A DNA stretch of 64,000 nt from IMG/VR virus record IMGVR_UViG_3300012996_000001, positions 1 through 64,000 of that record; one strand, 5' to 3'. Position numbers and translations under genes: made by a program. The stretch comes from a virus. Lineage: Duplodnaviria > Heunggongvirae > Uroviricota > Caudoviricetes. Under the pieces are notes generated by a model. That model searched no databases. It was not told the DNA's origin and was given only the letters and a program-made list of their open reading frames with translations. This document shows, one piece after another, positions 63,105 to 64,000 of the stretch; the stretch's first letter is position 1, and each line of letters begins with the position of its first letter.

Positions 63105-63290
63105 AACGGCCAGAAAAATTTTTTCCTCTTTCGAAATTTCACAGGAAAATTTTTTGTCATTAGATAATTTTCGCCACCGAAAAAATGCGAGCACATATTT
63201 TTCCCCGCCCGAAAAATCGTACCTCCAAATTTTTGGCGCAAGAAAAATTGGCTCAGGTGAAATGAGAAATCCAAAATTTTCCGGCTAATG
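63105..63290. repeat. phased A5/T5 tracts (GAAAAATTTTTTC / CCAAATTTTTGG-type), about 7 copies at roughly 30-bp spacing
   Basis: Centres near 63113, 63147, 63182, 63213, 63228, 63245 and 63268. Track ORF 63074..63274(-) is probably spurious. Confidence 0.45.
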
Positions 63291-63316
63291 AATTTTGTAA
63301 AGATTGAAATTCCCCA

Positions 63317-63346
63317 TTGACTACGGGCCGGGGTTGATGCATAATC
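63317..63346 (+). promoter_or_regulatory. strong promoter TTGACT-N17/18-CATAAT (rightward)
   Basis: Followed directly by four Fur-box-like repeats. Confidence 0.5.
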
Positions 63347-63404
63347 TTATACATGGCGAGGGGTGACGGGATTCGCGAGGCAAACACGGGAGGTGCCTGT
63401 CGTT

Positions 63405-63520
63405 TTGCAAATGAGAATGATTATCATTCAGCAATGTAAATGAGAAAGATTCGCATTCAAGGTCTCAAATGAGAATGATTATCATTTGACTTTTTAGAAA
63501 TGAGAATGATTCTGATTTGC
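63405..63520. repeat. four tandem Fur-box-like 19-bp repeats AAATGAGAATGATTATCATT (two perfect, two degenerate)
   Basis: Copies start at about 63410, 63437, 63467 and 63496. GAGAATGATTATCATT matches the Fur-box core GATAATGATAATCATT at 14/16 positions. Confidence 0.5.
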
Positions 63521-63569
63521 ATTTTTATTTTCACCTACCACGAGGATTTCGAATACGTTTTTGATTTTA

Positions 63570-63730
63570 AAATTTCGATCGAGACCCCGGCGCGAGACCT
63601 CTGTCGAGAAACCGAACACGATCGAGAAATTAAAAAAGCGATCGAGACCCCAGTTTTTATAGCTCGACTTCTTGCTTTTGCTCTGGAGATAGTTTACGAT
63701 TGCCAAGCTAAAAAGTCGATCGAGACCCTG
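63570..63730. repeat. iteron-like repeats CGATCGAGACCCC (three full copies plus partials)
   Basis: Full copies at about 63579, 63640 and 63716; partials CGATCGAGAAA (63614), GTCGAGAAACC and GCTCGAC. Confidence 0.45.
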
Positions 63731-64000
63731 TAAAATCATGAACGGATACTGTCCCGCGTCTACTACGCTGAAGGTGATTGGCTGTTTCGGTAGGTGGAGT
63801 GCGATGATGAAGGTTAACCCTTCCTCCATGCATCAACTGACATACTGCCTGACTTTTGCCGCCGCACGGAAGTTAGACAGAGAGTTTTCCATGCCCACCT
63901 AGAAATCTAAAATAGAATCTCGAATGGAATTTTGATTTGAAAACTGATTTCAAATATTGATACAAATATCATATCATCTCAATTAGAATTTGGTTTTGAA

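Noticed and set aside
63074-63274. Track ORF 63074..63274(-)
   Set aside because: It spans the phased A5/T5 tracts, which give F/K-rich low-complexity translation.
63570-63730. Possible CRISPR array (repeated CGATCGAGACCCC)
   Set aside because: The repeats are only 13 bp, spacing is irregular, and there is no uniform repeat-spacer periodicity and no cas genes. They are better read as iterons or operators.
63494-63829. Track ORFs 63494..63829(-) and 63500..63733(+) at the window end
   Set aside because: Both run through the Fur-like and CGATCGAGACCCC repeat arrays, and the + ORF translates the DNA repeat as SIETP three times. They are most likely repeat-generated artefacts.

Overview
This window reads as the early / nucleotide-metabolism region of a large virulent dsDNA phage with T5-like architecture and some T4-like enzymes. 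The host is probably enterobacterial, since the NrdA and Cca proteins are very close to the E. coli enzymes. It runs in this order.

(1) A leftward tRNA array of at least 10 tRNAs plus one tRNA-like element, interspersed with small ORFs including a YtjA/DUF1328-like peptide.

(2) A leftward operon encoding a wHTH regulator, ribose-phosphate pyrophosphokinase (Prs), a free-standing HNH endonuclease and nicotinamide phosphoribosyltransferase (NadV).

(3) A divergent promoter region at about 8.4-8.77 kb.

(4) A roughly 43-kb rightward block. It includes:
- Sir2, a T4-type ATP DNA ligase, MazG, an SPFH lipoprotein, a NADAR protein and an HNH/Zn protein
- a T4 RNase H-like 5'-3' exonuclease, a RuvC-like resolvase, an endonuclease VII-like protein and a DnaQ-like exonuclease
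- dNMP kinase, a HAD 5'-nucleotidase, ThyX, NrdA, NrdB, glutaredoxin, a GH19 endolysin and PhoH
- a SLOG/DprA-like protein, a ClpP-like protease and a small DNA methyltransferase
- an RMF-like mini-protein, the CCA-adding enzyme, a minimal class II aaRS-like protein, a seven-member paralogous family (two members carry collagen-like G-X-Y runs), a C39-like peptidase and a minimal Pol-beta nucleotidyltransferase.

(5) A 1.75-kb repeat-rich non-coding region at 51.57-53.34 kb containing Fur-box-like arrays and a perfect Fur-box core.

(6) A leftward cluster of about 25 tiny early-type genes at 53.35-62.48 kb. Nearly every one is preceded by a near-consensus sigma70 promoter (TTGAC[GTA]-N17/18-TATAAT) whose -10 hexamer sits inside an inverted repeat.

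(7) A right-hand non-coding region at 62.87-64.0 kb with a promoter-driven structured ncRNA candidate, phased A5/T5 tracts, a strong rightward promoter followed by four Fur-box-like repeats, and CGATCGAGACCCC iterons.

All functional calls rest on motif-level recognition in the translated ORFs and on hand-folding of RNA genes. No database search was possible.
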